Shown here: piece by piece, positions 1 through 11,811 of the stretch
Layout: every line of letters begins with the position of its first letter
Numbering within the stretch: the stretch's first letter is position 1
DNA from: Lama glama
Lineage: Eukaryota
Assembly: GCA_028534125.1 (NCBI GenBank)
Contig: CM052818.1
Span: 44,146,001-44,210,000 of the forward strand
Direction: 5' to 3'
Length of the DNA: 64,000 nucleotides
Translations under genes and position numbers: made by a program
Notes under the pieces: model-generated
What the model saw: only the letters and a program-made list of their open reading frames with translations
Told to the model about the DNA's origin: nothing
The model's database searches: none

Positions 1-75
1 GTACAACTGAAAAATTGTGCTCTACACTGGAATTTGACACAACATTGTAAAATGACTATAACGCAATAAAAAAAT
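1..75 (+). mobile_element. L1 3' terminus with poly(A), young camelid/cetartiodactyl type (cut by window edge)
   Basis: 'actgaaaaattgtgctctacactggaatttgacacaacattgtaaaatgactata...aataaaaaaa' matches the L1 3' tail pattern, as recalled for camelid L1. Confidence 0.75.
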
Positions 76-544
76 TATGACTTCTAATTGGACAACTAAA
101 TGCATAGCCATATCAGTTACTAAAATATATTCTATTGATTTTAAAACATTTTGTCTTCGGATAGTTTTCTTAAATTTATGGTGTATGTTATAACTGGTAG
201 TACCTTAAAATCAAGAAATGATATTATGTGTAAATGTGTTGAAAGTTTTAGAAGTAAACGTTTAACATTTGGCAAAGGAGAAATAGAACAGGTTTGCTTA
301 TTACACGGCAGCCTGTCAAAAAATGCAGTTCACCAGAAGAGACTCTATCCTAAACGTTCTGTCAAATCAGTTTTACTGAATTCCATTCCATGATAACTCA
401 CAGTCCTTTTAACCAAGCAATAATAGGTAGCCACAGAGTGTGGAATAACCCACGTCCCTCTGAGAAATTTTCCTAGCTTGAAGTTTCAGGATTACTCACC
501 GTAATCTTACTACACACCTAGCCCTGAGATGGACGGCAGTTCCC

Positions 545-665
545 AAAATGACACATATCACTGTGGCTCTCACTCTATTGTCCAGAACTGGTCTCGTGGT
601 CCCACCTGATGACACCGGAGTGAGGGAGAGCACATGGATACTCAGTGAATGTTTCCATCTCCTAC
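545..665 (-). mobile_element. Old MaLR (MLT1K/L-like) LTR fragment
   Basis: 'tcactctattgtccagaactggtctcgtggtcccacct' resembles an antisense MLT1 segment. Confidence 0.4.
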
Positions 666-852
666 TCCCTAACAGTCACGTGAACTGAAACATTACTTAA
701 TTTGAACATTTTTTCTTTCTCTAGATAGATGGGGCTATAGATACCCACTTTATGTGGTTTGGGTAAAGAATAGATCAGAAGATAAATGTAGAAGACTATC
801 ATATGGTAAATCCTCCAGAACCAAGTTACCCGCTTGTATTGGTCCCATAAAT

Positions 853-1003
853 CAAAGTTTCTTAACCAAAGTATGGAGCACAGCCACCTGCTATCATAAG
901 CTAAGTTTTGTGAAAGTATGAGTATGTCCATTTTTTTGTAGAGTGGTCATTACTTTCCATCAGATTTTCAGAGAGATGTTGGGCCCAACATGTTAAGAGT
1001 CAA
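853..1003. mobile_element. hAT-Charlie-type MITE relic (MER103-like)
   Basis: Degenerate termini 'gtttcttaacc' and 'gttaagagtca'; internal 'tttccatcagattttcagagaga'. Confidence 0.45.
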
Positions 1004-2018
1004 ATGATTTTCTTACCTGAAAAATAGAACAAAAACCAAAAAAACCCCACAACACCAAGTCAGACTCCAGACAGTGATCTATGTGGTTCTCTCTTTCCTA
1101 GAAGGAGTTAGGCTCAGAACCGTGGCCTCCAGCCAGCTCTCAGTACGTGCCACATCCTCCTTGTCTTTGCTCCTCAGTGCATCCCGCTTGCCTGGATGTC
1201 TCCCACCTTTGACTGGTCACTGCTCTCTAAGCACCCCCTTCTCAGAGCTTCTTACCATTAGGCTCTGTGATCTGAGCTCCTCCAGTTTCTCTTCCTGCTT
1301 CCATAAGGCCCTCTCTTCATACAGAGCCATGAGGCTGGCTCCTGAATTACAGCCCTGCTAATGGGAAAAATTCCACTGCACCCAATGAATTCAGTAATTC
1401 CCACACATTATTTCTCTTCAATTTGATTTGCTATTCCTGAGGGTCTGCACGAAGCAGTGTAAAATTGCTCAGTTCTGTCAGGAGATCATAGTGTTGGTTG
1501 GATGTTTTTAAAATTCCCTTTTTTCCCCAGTTAAATCTCCTGTGTCAATTCTAGCTACAATTTGTCAGCATCTGAGGCCTTGCATACCTTTCTCCAAAAC
1601 AACTGCAATTAAGAGAAATCACTTCTCATTAAACCTGGAAGGATCTGTTCTTAGTTAAAGGCCACTATTCCTCATTCAAATACCTTCTGGGAATTTTAAG
1701 CCATTCTGTGGAGCAGTATTTATGCCTTTAACCTTGAAATCATGTGGATTGTTTAATTCTTAATGAAATCATGTCATATACATACATTTTGATCTTAAAA
1801 TGAATTAATGTGGTCTGTTTTCAACTTCCCCTTTTTATCCTGAAAAACTTGGCAAAGAATCAGATTACGTTGCAGGTTCAGATTCAGAAGAAGTGAGAAT
1901 TATTACCTCGTTTTCCAAGTTTTGATGCTTATTCTAGGGTTATTTCTGTGTAGGTAAGACCAGTGAGCTTATAGTGCATGAACCTCTCTTATTTTCATAT
2001 TTCTACTTATTTCTGAGT

Positions 2019-2275
2019 AACTTATGGTTACTGGAGGGTGATGGAAGAGGGAGGGATAAATTGGGAGTTTCGTATTGGCTGATACAAACTACTATGTACA
2101 GATAGACAGACAAGGTCCTACTGTATAGCACAGGGAACTCTATTCAATAGCTTGTAGTAAGCTGTAATGAAAAAGAATATGGATATATATATGTATAACT
2201 GAATCGCTATGCTGTACACCAGAAACTAATACAACATTGTGTATAAAAACATTAAAAATTGTTTTAATTTAAAAA
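2019..2275 (+). mobile_element. 5'-truncated L1 3' UTR, cetartiodactyl type
   Basis: 'aaggtcctactgtatagcacagggaactctattcaatagcttgtagtaa...tgtataactgaatcgctatgctgtacaccagaaactaatacaacattgt' followed by an A-rich tail. Confidence 0.85.
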
Positions 2276-2574
2276 GATACTTTAAAGTAACTTTGATGAT
2301 GCTTATGTCACATAATTATTTGAAAGTGCCTCGCAGAGTAGTCATTTCCTAAATGTTCTGAGGGAACGTTACATGCCAGGCATATACTATGTCTCCTCAA
2401 GGGGTCTATGACAGTCACCTCAATTCAGAGCCTCTGCTTCTGTTCATCCAATCCAAGCCTACATTTGTTTTTGTCCCTGCTTTTCCTATTTTTATCATTT
2501 TTACCAAGAGGTGCAATTTTTTAAAAGATGTAGTGTACACATTAGGGACATCATTCAATGTTAAGTCTTTTACA

Positions 2575-3050
2575 TTAAATGGCCCAGCTTGGTCATTTTC
2601 TAGTTCTCTGTACTTTACAAGTTACTTAATATAAGCTTTTGGTTTTCTCATCTGCAAAATGAAGATAAGAATTTTATTTTTCATTTCTTTCATCAGGACT
2701 AAGTGAGTAGATTGCTGACCCTTGAGTGATGCGAGAGTTAGAGGTGGCAACCCTCCATCCAGTCAAAATCCACACTTAACCTGTAGCTGCCCTTCTGTAT
2801 CTGCTGTTCTCCCATAACTGAGGTTCCTCCATGCCTGGGGTCCTCCACATCCATGGTTTCACATCGTAGCTTCAACCAACCCCAAACCATGAAGCAATGC
2901 AGTATTTCCTGTAGAAAAAAATACATGTATAAGTGGACCCATGCAGTTCGAACCTGCGTTGTTCGAGGGTCAGCTGTATTTATAAATCATTTAGAATCAT
3001 GCCTGTCATATGGTAACTGCTCTATACATGTAAGTTAGTATTAATATTAC
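2575..3050 (+). mobile_element. MIR SINE interrupted by a Tigger MITE
   Basis: MIR core 'ttttctcatctgcaaaatgaagataa' lies left of the MITE; the MIR tail 'catttagaatcatgcctgtcatatggtaactgctctatacatg' resumes right of it. Confidence 0.7.
2710..2976 (-). mobile_element. TcMar-Tigger MITE (Tigger2/MER8-like)
   Basis: The right end reads on minus 'cagctgaccctcgaacaacgcaggttcgaactgcatgggtccacttatac'; degenerate left TIR 'gctgacccttgagtgatgc'; TA at 2708-2709 and 2977-2978. Confidence 0.8.
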
Positions 3051-3289
3051 ATGAAGTGCTCAATCCATATTATCATCTAATGGGAAAGAACAGATGAGAG
3101 AGGTAAAAGAGAGTGAAGACCAAGATATGGAAGATAATCAGGAGGGACAACTCTCTACTTGTAAAGAAACAAACAACTCTAGGCTCAAAACTGAAACGGT
3201 GTTTCAGAAAACCCAATTAAACAAAAACAGAAATAAAAATAGTAAAAACCTAACTGTATTTTAATTTTTAACATAATCAGAGAAACTGC

Positions 3290-3853
3290 ATAACTCAAGC
3301 AAATTTTGAACATGGTACTCTGAATGTTCATTTGTAGCATGATATTATTTAAGAACAGAAAATAATCAAGGAAATTAAACCTTTACTTAGTAAGTTTGTT
3401 GTTAGTACTAGGATTAATATTTAAAAACTGAAAGAATTTCTTTCTATTATAGCTATGCAAATAAGTAAGCATGTTGATATTATTAGAATGCAAGGTTTTT
3501 GCTGTGGGAGAAATAAAATAAAAATATACAGTAAAAGAAATTAAGGGAAATCCTGTGATGTAAAATTTGAATTGGAGATATCGGTATGAACTTGTGATAT
3601 AAATATATAAATCATTCTTAGTTTTTCTACTGAAAAGGCTTAGAACCGAGGATGCCACAGAAGCAGTGAGCATACGTGGCACCCAGATCTTAGCATATAA
3701 ATGCCAGGGAGTCAGACTTCCTTAAGAAATGGCTAATTCCAGACCTGAGACAGGGAAGGGCCACCATAAATCTGCAACAGCAGGTGCTAAAAGGCAAAAA
3801 AAGCTGCTTAAAGCCAAGGGGGCCAAGAATAAAGGATAGGAACATGGCTGGCA
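3290..3853 (+). mobile_element. Ancient L1 (L1MC/MD-like) 3' UTR, left part
   Basis: 'aaaatttgaattggagatatcggtatgaact', 'gcacccagatctt', 'aagaaatggctaattccag'. Confidence 0.7.
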
Positions 3854-4469
3854 TGTGTATTTCACAATGCTATGAAGGATGCTTCATCTTTCCTTCGTGA
3901 CCCCTGGTTATGTCACCCTAAATGAGACTCAGCTGCTCCGATGAGCATATGGCCACCTTGCCTAGGAAAGATACAAACATAGTGAGCATGAGAATATTCA
4001 AGAATAATGATGTAATCCTGAATTATTTAACTCAAATGATGCAACCCAGTGATGTAACTTTATATGAATAGAAAGTGAGGCACATGGTAACTTCCAGGTC
4101 CTGGACTACCCAGCATAGAACTCATCACCGCCACATTCTCCCCACGTGCTCCCGGCGCCTTTCAGTGAAAACCCCTCATGCTCTGCTTATTATGATTTTC
4201 CAGGAAACATCAGCATGTCAGCAGGCAGAGGACCCTTCGTGGTGGGCAAGGCAGAGAGCAAAACGCTGAACACTCAGGGGATTCCTGTCATGGACCCCTT
4301 CACCACATTTTAATTTTACTTAATCAGTTAACTTTGTAAGGAAGTAATGCTTGACTTTGGAAATACTTAACAAAATGCTTTGTATGGTTTCTTGAGTCTG
4401 CTTCTTCCTTCCACAGCTGAAGAACTAGATTGTGCTGTTTCTTGAATAAACTTGAAATTGAAACTAACA
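3854..4469 (+). mobile_element. Putative solo LTR of unrecognised family inserted in the L1
   Basis: TG...CA ends; flanks ctggca (3848-3853) and ctggaa (4470-4475); AATAAA at 4445-4450; L1 similarity resumes at about 4484. Confidence 0.5.
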
Positions 4470-4479
4470 CTGGAAACTC

Positions 4480-4870
4480 AGGTGGAATACAGGAGCCGTC
4501 TTTAAGAGCCTCTTCCTGTCTAAGTGTGTGACAATTTGAACATCAAAAGATCAGTTTTGGAAATGGATTATAGCACAATGAATTTTTTAAAAAGCCACAT
4601 ACCCATAGTGTTATGTAGAAAAGGTGGGGAGAGAAAGAGTGGCAAATGGAAAGAAGGTCAGCTTGTAAGTGTAGAAAGAATAATGGTGAGAAAAGTCACT
4701 GTTTTCCAACCACCAATATCATACTTGAAGCAGGCAGGTACCATTGATGGTACTAAAGTCATTTGGGAAAAGTTGTTGGCAGATACAGTAGTTACATCCA
4801 TCTCAGAATGTAGATCTAATAGTTTAAAGAAAACAATTTTTAAAAATCCTTTAGAGTGAAAAGAAGTTAT
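4480..4870 (+). mobile_element. Ancient L1 (L1MC/MD-like) 3' UTR, right part
   Basis: 'tacaggagcc...gacaatttgaacatcaaaa', 'aagtgtagaaagaataatg', 'gaaaagttgttgg'. Confidence 0.7.
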
Positions 4871-5839
4871 CCAGGTATTACTTCTCCAAATGTGTACAAT
4901 AAAATTTAAATTTAAATTTAAAAATTTAGATTTAAAAAATCTGTTTAGGAGGAAGTTTTTAGTATCCAGCAGTTCCAAACGCAAAGAACCTGATTTCCCA
5001 CCCTCCTCCCCAATTAGCATCTTTAAAGTCTGGTCTAACGAATAACACTGTTTAGGAAATACCTAAATTGAGTGAGTCTTACCAGATAATTCAGGTCATG
5101 ATTCCTGTGTCTGACAATGTTCTGTAGGCCGGAGTGTGTCCCTCTGAGGTTTGCAGGTATTTGTCTGGGGTGGGGGAGGGGCACACCCACGACCACACTT
5201 CCGCTGCCCCAGGTGGGAGACAGCCCAGCGATGCTCTCCATGGTCCCTTACACACACTCGGCTTGGAGTCAAGGACTTACGAGTTTCTGCTGAACTGGAT
5301 TAAAAGGATCTTTAAGCTTAAAATTGCTCTCAGGTAAAGAAATATGAAATTACTTCTTGGGACTATATGATTTATACATGAAAATGCTAAGACAGCATTT
5401 AATTACCAAGATAATTCTAATCTTAATGAAAAGAAAATTACCTCCAGGAGGAATCTCTCTGGTAAACATGAATCTCTGTGAGGCTGAAAACAGGAAAGGG
5501 GACAAGAACAGAAAGCGTGGAAATGCTGCCATTTCTACTGTGTCTCCCTGCGAACGCCACCTGCATACTGAGTAGACAGAGCTTCAGGGTTCCGAAACCT
5601 CATTCTAGCGCAGTCGTGTGAGTCCAGGCTAAACCGGATGGGGACGGCTGTAGCACTTCTGAATACAAATGAAATTTACTTTCCTCTGCGATGGGCTCTA
5701 TGTATTTGTAGGATGATTTGTGCTATTTGGGGAGAAAAACATCTATCAGGGCTCCTCTTGTCACTTACCATAGTCATTTTCGCCTTTGAAATCGTGGTGT
5801 AGATGAGAGGGAAGGATATAGCCAAATGTATTATTCTCC

Positions 5840-5950
5840 AAACTTTTAATAAGCGCCTACTATGTGTCAGAAAGTGTTCTAAAGCAGCGATGAATGACTG
5901 AATCAGATATCAAGTCCCTTACATCAAAGAGCGCACACTCTGGTGAAGAC
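5840..5950 (-). mobile_element. L2 3' end fragment
   Basis: 'aataagcgcctactatgtgtcagaaagtgttctaa' is the antisense L2 tail pattern. Confidence 0.55.
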
Positions 5951-6735
5951 GAATACATCCACATGCAGTCGGGATCTTCGTTCAGAAAACATGTCGTGGT
6001 TACATACTCTGGATTAAGAACCGTGCTAAGAGCAAGACTATGAAGAGGGAAAAGGCAGTGCTTACTTCTGATAAGTTACACGGCGAGAAAGGCAGTAGGT
6101 AACTCACTATGTTACAGTGCAGTAGGTACTGTAATAGTGTTGCTAACACTGCTTAGAGAATTGGGAACAGTTTCATCGATGGGTATTATTTTTCTAGTCT
6201 TTGAAGTGTCAGGATGAAACCATTTGGCAAAGAAGAAAAAGATACAAAGAACGGTAGGCAGACAGGGAAGCCTCTGGGCTCACACTCCGTCCACTCTGGA
6301 GAGAGGTGTGGCTGACGTCCCTCGGGGGGCGCTTGAGTCATCGCTAGAGGAACGCATCTTGCTCAGGTACTTGCTCACCTTCTAAGAGAAACACCCCCAT
6401 GGGCATCTCTGAGATATTATGTTTCAGATCGTAAGTATTTCACAGACGATCATTACAAACAGGCTTTCTTTTTCCTTATGAGGTGCTAGACAAGGTCTCC
6501 ACGCAGACCAAGGTGGAGAGGAAAGGTCAGAAGCGCAAGGAGAGAAGAGGTACAAAAAAGTGGGAAACAAGCGTATTGAGCGTGTCAGTTTTCCAGGCAC
6601 AGGCACAGTGAAGGGAAGAAACCGCTTTACCCCAGGAAGGCATTTTGCCCAACAAGTATTAAACAAAGGAAAGAGAGAGAGGGCCGATGTGCTGGGTATT
6701 TGTAAGACAGGGTTAGCAAGGCTGCTCCATAGCCA

Positions 6736-6791
6736 AACACTGTTGAGGGCGGTGAAGCCGGATGAACACTGTTGAGGGCGGTGAAGCCGGA
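6736..6791. repeat. Tandem duplication, 29-bp period, 27 bp identical
   Basis: 'aacactgttgagggcggtgaagccgga' at 6736-6762 and 6765-6791. Confidence 0.95.
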
Positions 6792-7079
6792 ATCACTGCA
6801 TCAGGCATAGGAACTCCTTCTGGTGATGCTTTAGCAGACGAGCTGATAATGGGAGGTCATGGTCAGTAAGAGGCGAGCATGAATTTTCAGTCTTGGAGAC
6901 AGTGCTGTCTGGTCATCTCAAAGTCCAGCACTGCTTCCTGACATCAAAGCATACAATGGGAAGGTTTCTTAAACAGGGCTTTATTATTTAAAATACTTTA
7001 CTCTATAATTTATTTTATTATGTATTTACTCACCTACTTTTTTATTTTAAATAAATAGCTTTGTTTTCCCCCTGTGGTT

Positions 7080-7465
7080 ACCAATGGTCTCCCGGTAGAC
7101 CTTCAAACATTTGGAAGTCACCTGCCTATCATATTTGCATTATTAACTTCCTCCTCCTTGAAATGCTTCCTTCATTTGGATTCTGGGACACACACTTCTT
7201 TAAAATAAAAAAATCATGATTTTGTCCACTTTTTGTGTCTTCTGAGTGGGCTCGCTGGTGCTCTTCCTATGACGTGGTCCTACTTTTCTGAGTTTACACA
7301 TCCCTGTGGGTACTTCCACTCCCTCTCATGACTTAAAATCTCGAGTGCCTTTTCTCAAACTCTAACTTCAGCTCAGATCTCCATCCCGAGTTCCAAATAA
7401 GAATAAAATTTCTGTACATTTTGGCCAACTGGCTGCCGCACAGACCCCCTCAAACTTAAAATTTC
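7080..7465 (+). mobile_element. L2 ORF2-derived fragment
   Basis: 'ctcctccttgaaatgcttccttcatttggattctgggacacacac', 'cagatctccatcccgagttcca', 'cctcaaactta'. Confidence 0.6.
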
Positions 7466-7469
7466 AATG

Positions 7470-7879
7470 CATATAGTACTGCTGAAGTTACTCTGTGTGA
7501 CTTTTGAGACTGGATCATAACAGAAACGCGGCTCTCACCTGGGAGCCCTGGGCCACCAGGTTAAAAAGTTCACCTGCCCGGAGAGCATCTTGCTGTGAGA
7601 AAGTCAAATCACATTGAAGGACACACGTAGACACCTTAGTTTACAGTCTTCACCCTCATCTTCACCTTCAAATCCTCCCACCCATCTGTCAGACAGCGAA
7701 TGAATAAGACTAGTTGATTCCAGCCCAGAGCTGCCGAGTCACTCCCAGCCTTAGATCCTTGCAAGCTGGGGCTTCAGACATCATGGGGCAGAAATAGGCT
7801 ACAGAATCCACAACCTTAAAAGCATGGTGATTGTTTTGAGGTTCAAGGTGGTTTGCATGTAACATTAATGATTAGAACA
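7470..7879 (+). mobile_element. MaLR LTR (MLT1H/I-like)
   Basis: 'gattccagccc...gagtcactcccagcc...cttcagacatcatggggcagaaata' ending 'ggtggtttgcatgtaacattaatgattagaaca'. Confidence 0.75.
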
Positions 7880-8700
7880 AAATCTGGTAACGGAAAGTGG
7901 TTGTGGGAGCAGCAACAACAGATTCCCACACCTGAGGCATTAGCTGTGCGCCCAGGCAGGGACTGGGACCGAGGGGGCCTTGAGAGCAGGCTGAGAAATT
8001 TTTGTCAACACTGTCACCTGTAGTGTCAGGGAAATTAGAAAATATACTTAACAAACTGGTGGATTCTCCTAAGATTTTAAGCAGACTGTTAAAACTTCCA
8101 TCTGGTTTCTTTTAGCCACATATTATCAGACGAAAATAGAGAGGGAAGAGCTAAAAAAAAATCTTACAGTTTTCAGCAAAATTTAAAGAAAATATAAAAT
8201 ATTCAGGATGTGCCAGGTTAAAAATAAAACTATATTTGATCTCTAGTACCCCTCCCCCAGCAGATTACGCTCAGATTAAGATTTAAAGCAAAGGTCAATT
8301 GAGAGTGTGGCCAGAAAAAAGAAATCTCAGGAGAAAGATAAAGGCACACATGTGATTGTAAAACCCTTTGAGAAGACCTCAAAAACATTTAAAGTGGTGC
8401 TTCATAGACCCTTTAAAATGCCTCACACACTCTTTCAATAGGGCTTCCATGAACTGGAAGGACATTGCCCCAAGACAGCCTCAGAGGGAGCCCAAGTCAG
8501 AGAAGAGATTATCACAAAGCTATTTGTGAGTAGGACCTACATCTAATGGTGCATATTTATAGATTGACACATAGGAACCCTGCAGAATCTTTAAAGGAAT
8601 TGTATCAGCTTGAGCTGAAAGGAACAGAGACAGTATGAGCCACAATCTTGTACGCAGAGGAATGAGGAAGAGAAGGCTACCACTCGGTTGCAAACATGAA
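7880..8700 (+). mobile_element. MLT1 internal sequence following the LTR
   Basis: Begins 'aaatctggtaac...aagtgg' directly after the LTR end (MaLR internal start); later 'atctggtttcttttagccacatat'. The right boundary is uncertain. Confidence 0.55.
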
Positions 8701-9979
8701 CTTTTTTTTCTGTATGTACAGTAAGTGATTTTTTTTTTTTAATCAAGAGCCCCTGGTCTCATTCCTGTCTTAGCATATAGGCTGAATTTTAATTGTCTGA
8801 AAATTGTCTGACTTTTCCACTAATGGCTCCATGAAAGGAGGGGCTTTGCCTGGTTTATCACCCATTTCAAGTGGATGAAGAAGTAACAGAGGTAAACAGC
8901 ACGTGCCCCCTGAACTCAAGGTGGCATCTTTCCTCCAGTGGAAAGCATGACAGGAAGACATTTTAAAACAGATGGGATCTAGATAAAGAAGAAATCATTT
9001 CCATCTAGGGTATCAGGGGGTAGCATGTTACAAACAGACATATTCACACATTTAAACTAGACCTTAATGAATATCACTGTTTGAAGAAAAAAAAATGAGG
9101 CCTAAAGAAAACATTCTCTATTTCCCCAAAAGTCTAGTGATTTGGCATGGAATGTTATATGAATAAAGTCCATTTCTGCCTAGTCCAAGTTTCTGTATTT
9201 TGCCTTCATTTGCCTTCAAAAATGAAATGATTCTTGAACATTTTGATAACTACCTGTAGGTGTTTACGAATGAAGTTCATTTGTAAGTGCTTGCAAATGG
9301 ATATTTACCCTTGAGATCTAGGCCATTTCCTTTTCAAAACTGACTCAAAATATTGTGATGTGGCAGAACTGTCCTGGCCAGAGTCACGAGGGCCTGCTCT
9401 GCTCACGTTCCAGTAGGTGCAATTATTTTAAGGAAACACTGAAGGTCATCCTCATCATGGAAACAGAAATTGCAGCCAGTAATCATCACAGAGTTTGAAG
9501 AGCCCTCAAAGAAATGAGCTACAGGTATAATTTGGGGTTTGAGCTAATTAGAGCCAGAGTGAATGCATCTGAAAGCGTTAGGATCCATTTAGAGGAGAAT
9601 TGTCTTGATTACAGAATACACCTGCCCCCAAGCAGTCATCATGCATTTCATTACGGTTTGGGTATTTCAGGGTCTCCTGTCACCCACTCATTTGAATGAT
9701 TTCAGAAGAGCCTCTCATCCCAAAGCATCTTGTGGAATAGCCTCCTGAGGACAGTTCTGAATAAGGTATTTGTCTCAGCATCCGAAGTGTGCTCCCGATG
9801 GCTTTGTCCGTTCCAGACATCACATAATGTCACTGGGCTTAAAATTCAAAGAGTAATGAGAATTAGGGGAGCCCATATAATGAAATAATTTTTATTGTGT
9901 ATCTATCTATTTATCTAGCCATTTGCTCGCTCTTATTGAAAACGTATTTATTATATACAAATATATACTGTCAGGCAAA

Positions 9980-10092
9980 TAATAATAACTTATTTCAGGG
10001 GGTTGTTGGGAAGATTAAAAGAGAATTTTTATAAAGCACTGAAGGCAATGCCTGTCTCAGGGCAAATATTACATAAATGCTGAGTATTATTC
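9980..10092 (+). mobile_element. MIR 3' part
   Basis: 'gggttgttgggaagattaaaagaga...taaagcactgaaggcaatgcctg'. Confidence 0.6.
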
Positions 10093-10771
10093 TGTCATAG
10101 TTGGTGTCCAATACAATTTTTTTTGTTTGGACTGAATAAATGAACAAATAGGTGTGTTGACATTAATCAGGAAGGTACCAGAATGGTGAAAAAATTTGCA
10201 CGGTTGAACAGAAGGGAAAACTCACATTTCTTCAAGGTTTTGAAGTGCAGGGGAGGTCAGACACTTCTGTTTGGAAGCAAGGGTGGATGAGGACCAGCGT
10301 GAGAAAGTGCCTTCTGACACTGAGGTAGGCGGTGAACGTCACAACCCCGGAGGGTGGTCACGTCTACACTGGATTACCACCATGCAGGTGTGGGCGGGGT
10401 GGGCAAGTGAGGCCTTTGTGGCCCCTTCCCAGCTGAGGTTTTTAAATGCCAAGCAGTCTCTGAACATCTTGAAGATACTTGACTCACCTCAGTTAACGGA
10501 CAGATTAATTTAAGATGAAGCTTCTTAAGTAAAATGGCACAACGGAGCTATAAGGTAGGGTTAAATATGGTAGAATTCCAGTTCAACAATACAAATTCTG
10601 TGTTGACTGAGGTACCCAAACTATTTGCGTTAAGTCTGGAATATCTCATCAAAAGACATTCAAAACTAACAGACTAATTTCTCCTCGTTTTTCTTCATGC
10701 TGTAGAATTAGCTCATGAGCAGTCACAGGGAACATTTTATTTTAACCCGAGTCCTTGGTGTCACCTGATCT

Positions 10772-10791
10772 CACACACACACACACACACA
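10772..10791. repeat. (CA)n microsatellite
   Basis: About 10 CA units. Confidence 0.95.
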
Positions 10792-10829
10792 GGTGAAGTG
10801 GAGATTTTGTAGATTGTAGTTGGGACCCA

Positions 10830-11140
10830 GACCTGAGGGACAGAAAGCTGGGTTCCTAGTTCTCTCTGTGCTGTATGCTCAGCAAGTTTGGCTAAGTTCT
10901 TTGTGCTTCTGAGCCTCAGTTCTCTTCTCTTCCAAGTGGAGATATTATTTTGACTACTACATTATTCAAAGAATATGTAGAGAGCCGGAGATCCAGCTCA
11001 GCTCTATCACTAGCTCAATAAGGGATGTTTAATGAGTCACGTTATCTTCCTGTGACCATCTGACATGTCTATAAAATGGACTTACTAACATGTGACCCAC
11101 TTGCTTTGCAGAGTAATTGTAAGAATCAAAAATAATTGAT
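10830..11140 (+). mobile_element. Two adjacent MIR fragments
   Basis: 'ctgggttcctagttctc...ctgagcctcagttctctt' and 'tgtctataaaatggacttactaa...gtaagaatcaaa'. Confidence 0.5.
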
Positions 11141-11372
11141 ATTTTTAAAAGTATATGTAGAGAGAGGTAAAAATAGGAGTGGTTGCTTTAATATATAAAT
11201 CTATCTCTGTATTTATAGTTGTATTTTAGGTATTTATGTATCCATAAGTAACAGAAAATACAAAATCTTTGCCAGTTTTATTATCAGTTGAAATAGGATC
11301 AAATAGGAATTTCTGCAAAGCTCCTTCAGCCTTTCATTTGTCCCATCTTAGTTCAACAGTATCTTTTCAGTT

Positions 11373-11811
11373 TGGACTTGTTTCTAGGGCTGCTAGTAAC
11401 AGATTATGACAAGCCTCGTGGCTTAAAACAACAGAAGTTCATTCTCTCCCGGTTCTGGAAGCTACAAGTACAAAGTCAAGGTGTCAGCTGGGTCAGTTTG
11501 TTCTCGGGGTCTGAGAAAGAGACTCTGTTCCAGGCCTCTCTGTTTCTGGCTTTCATTAACAGCTATCAATCCTGGCATCGCTTGGCTTGTGACATCATCA
11601 CTTCCGTCTCTGCCTAAGTCATCCACATGTCATTTACCCGTGTGTCTCTGTTTTGTCTTCTTGGAACGACACCAGGTGTTGGAGGAGGGTTCACTCAAAT
11701 CCACACACACCTCATCTCAACAAAGCCCCTGTTTCTACAAAAGCCGTATTTCCACATTCTAAGGTTGCTGGTAGACATGAATTTGGGGAGAACCCTATTC
11801 AATCCAGTACA
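11373..11811 (-). mobile_element. MaLR solo LTR (MLT1C-like)
   Basis: 'ctagggctgctagtaacagatt...tggcttaaaacaacagaagttcattctctcccggttctgga...aaggtgtcagc' through 'atgaatttggggagaaccctattcaatccagtaca'. Confidence 0.85.

Noticed and set aside
4902..4940. (AAATTT)3 palindrome
   Set aside because: Low-complexity AT tract; self-complementarity is trivial.
6736..6791. Direct repeat of CRISPR-like length
   Set aside because: Only two copies with a 2-nt gap, no spacers and no cas genes, in a mammalian context.
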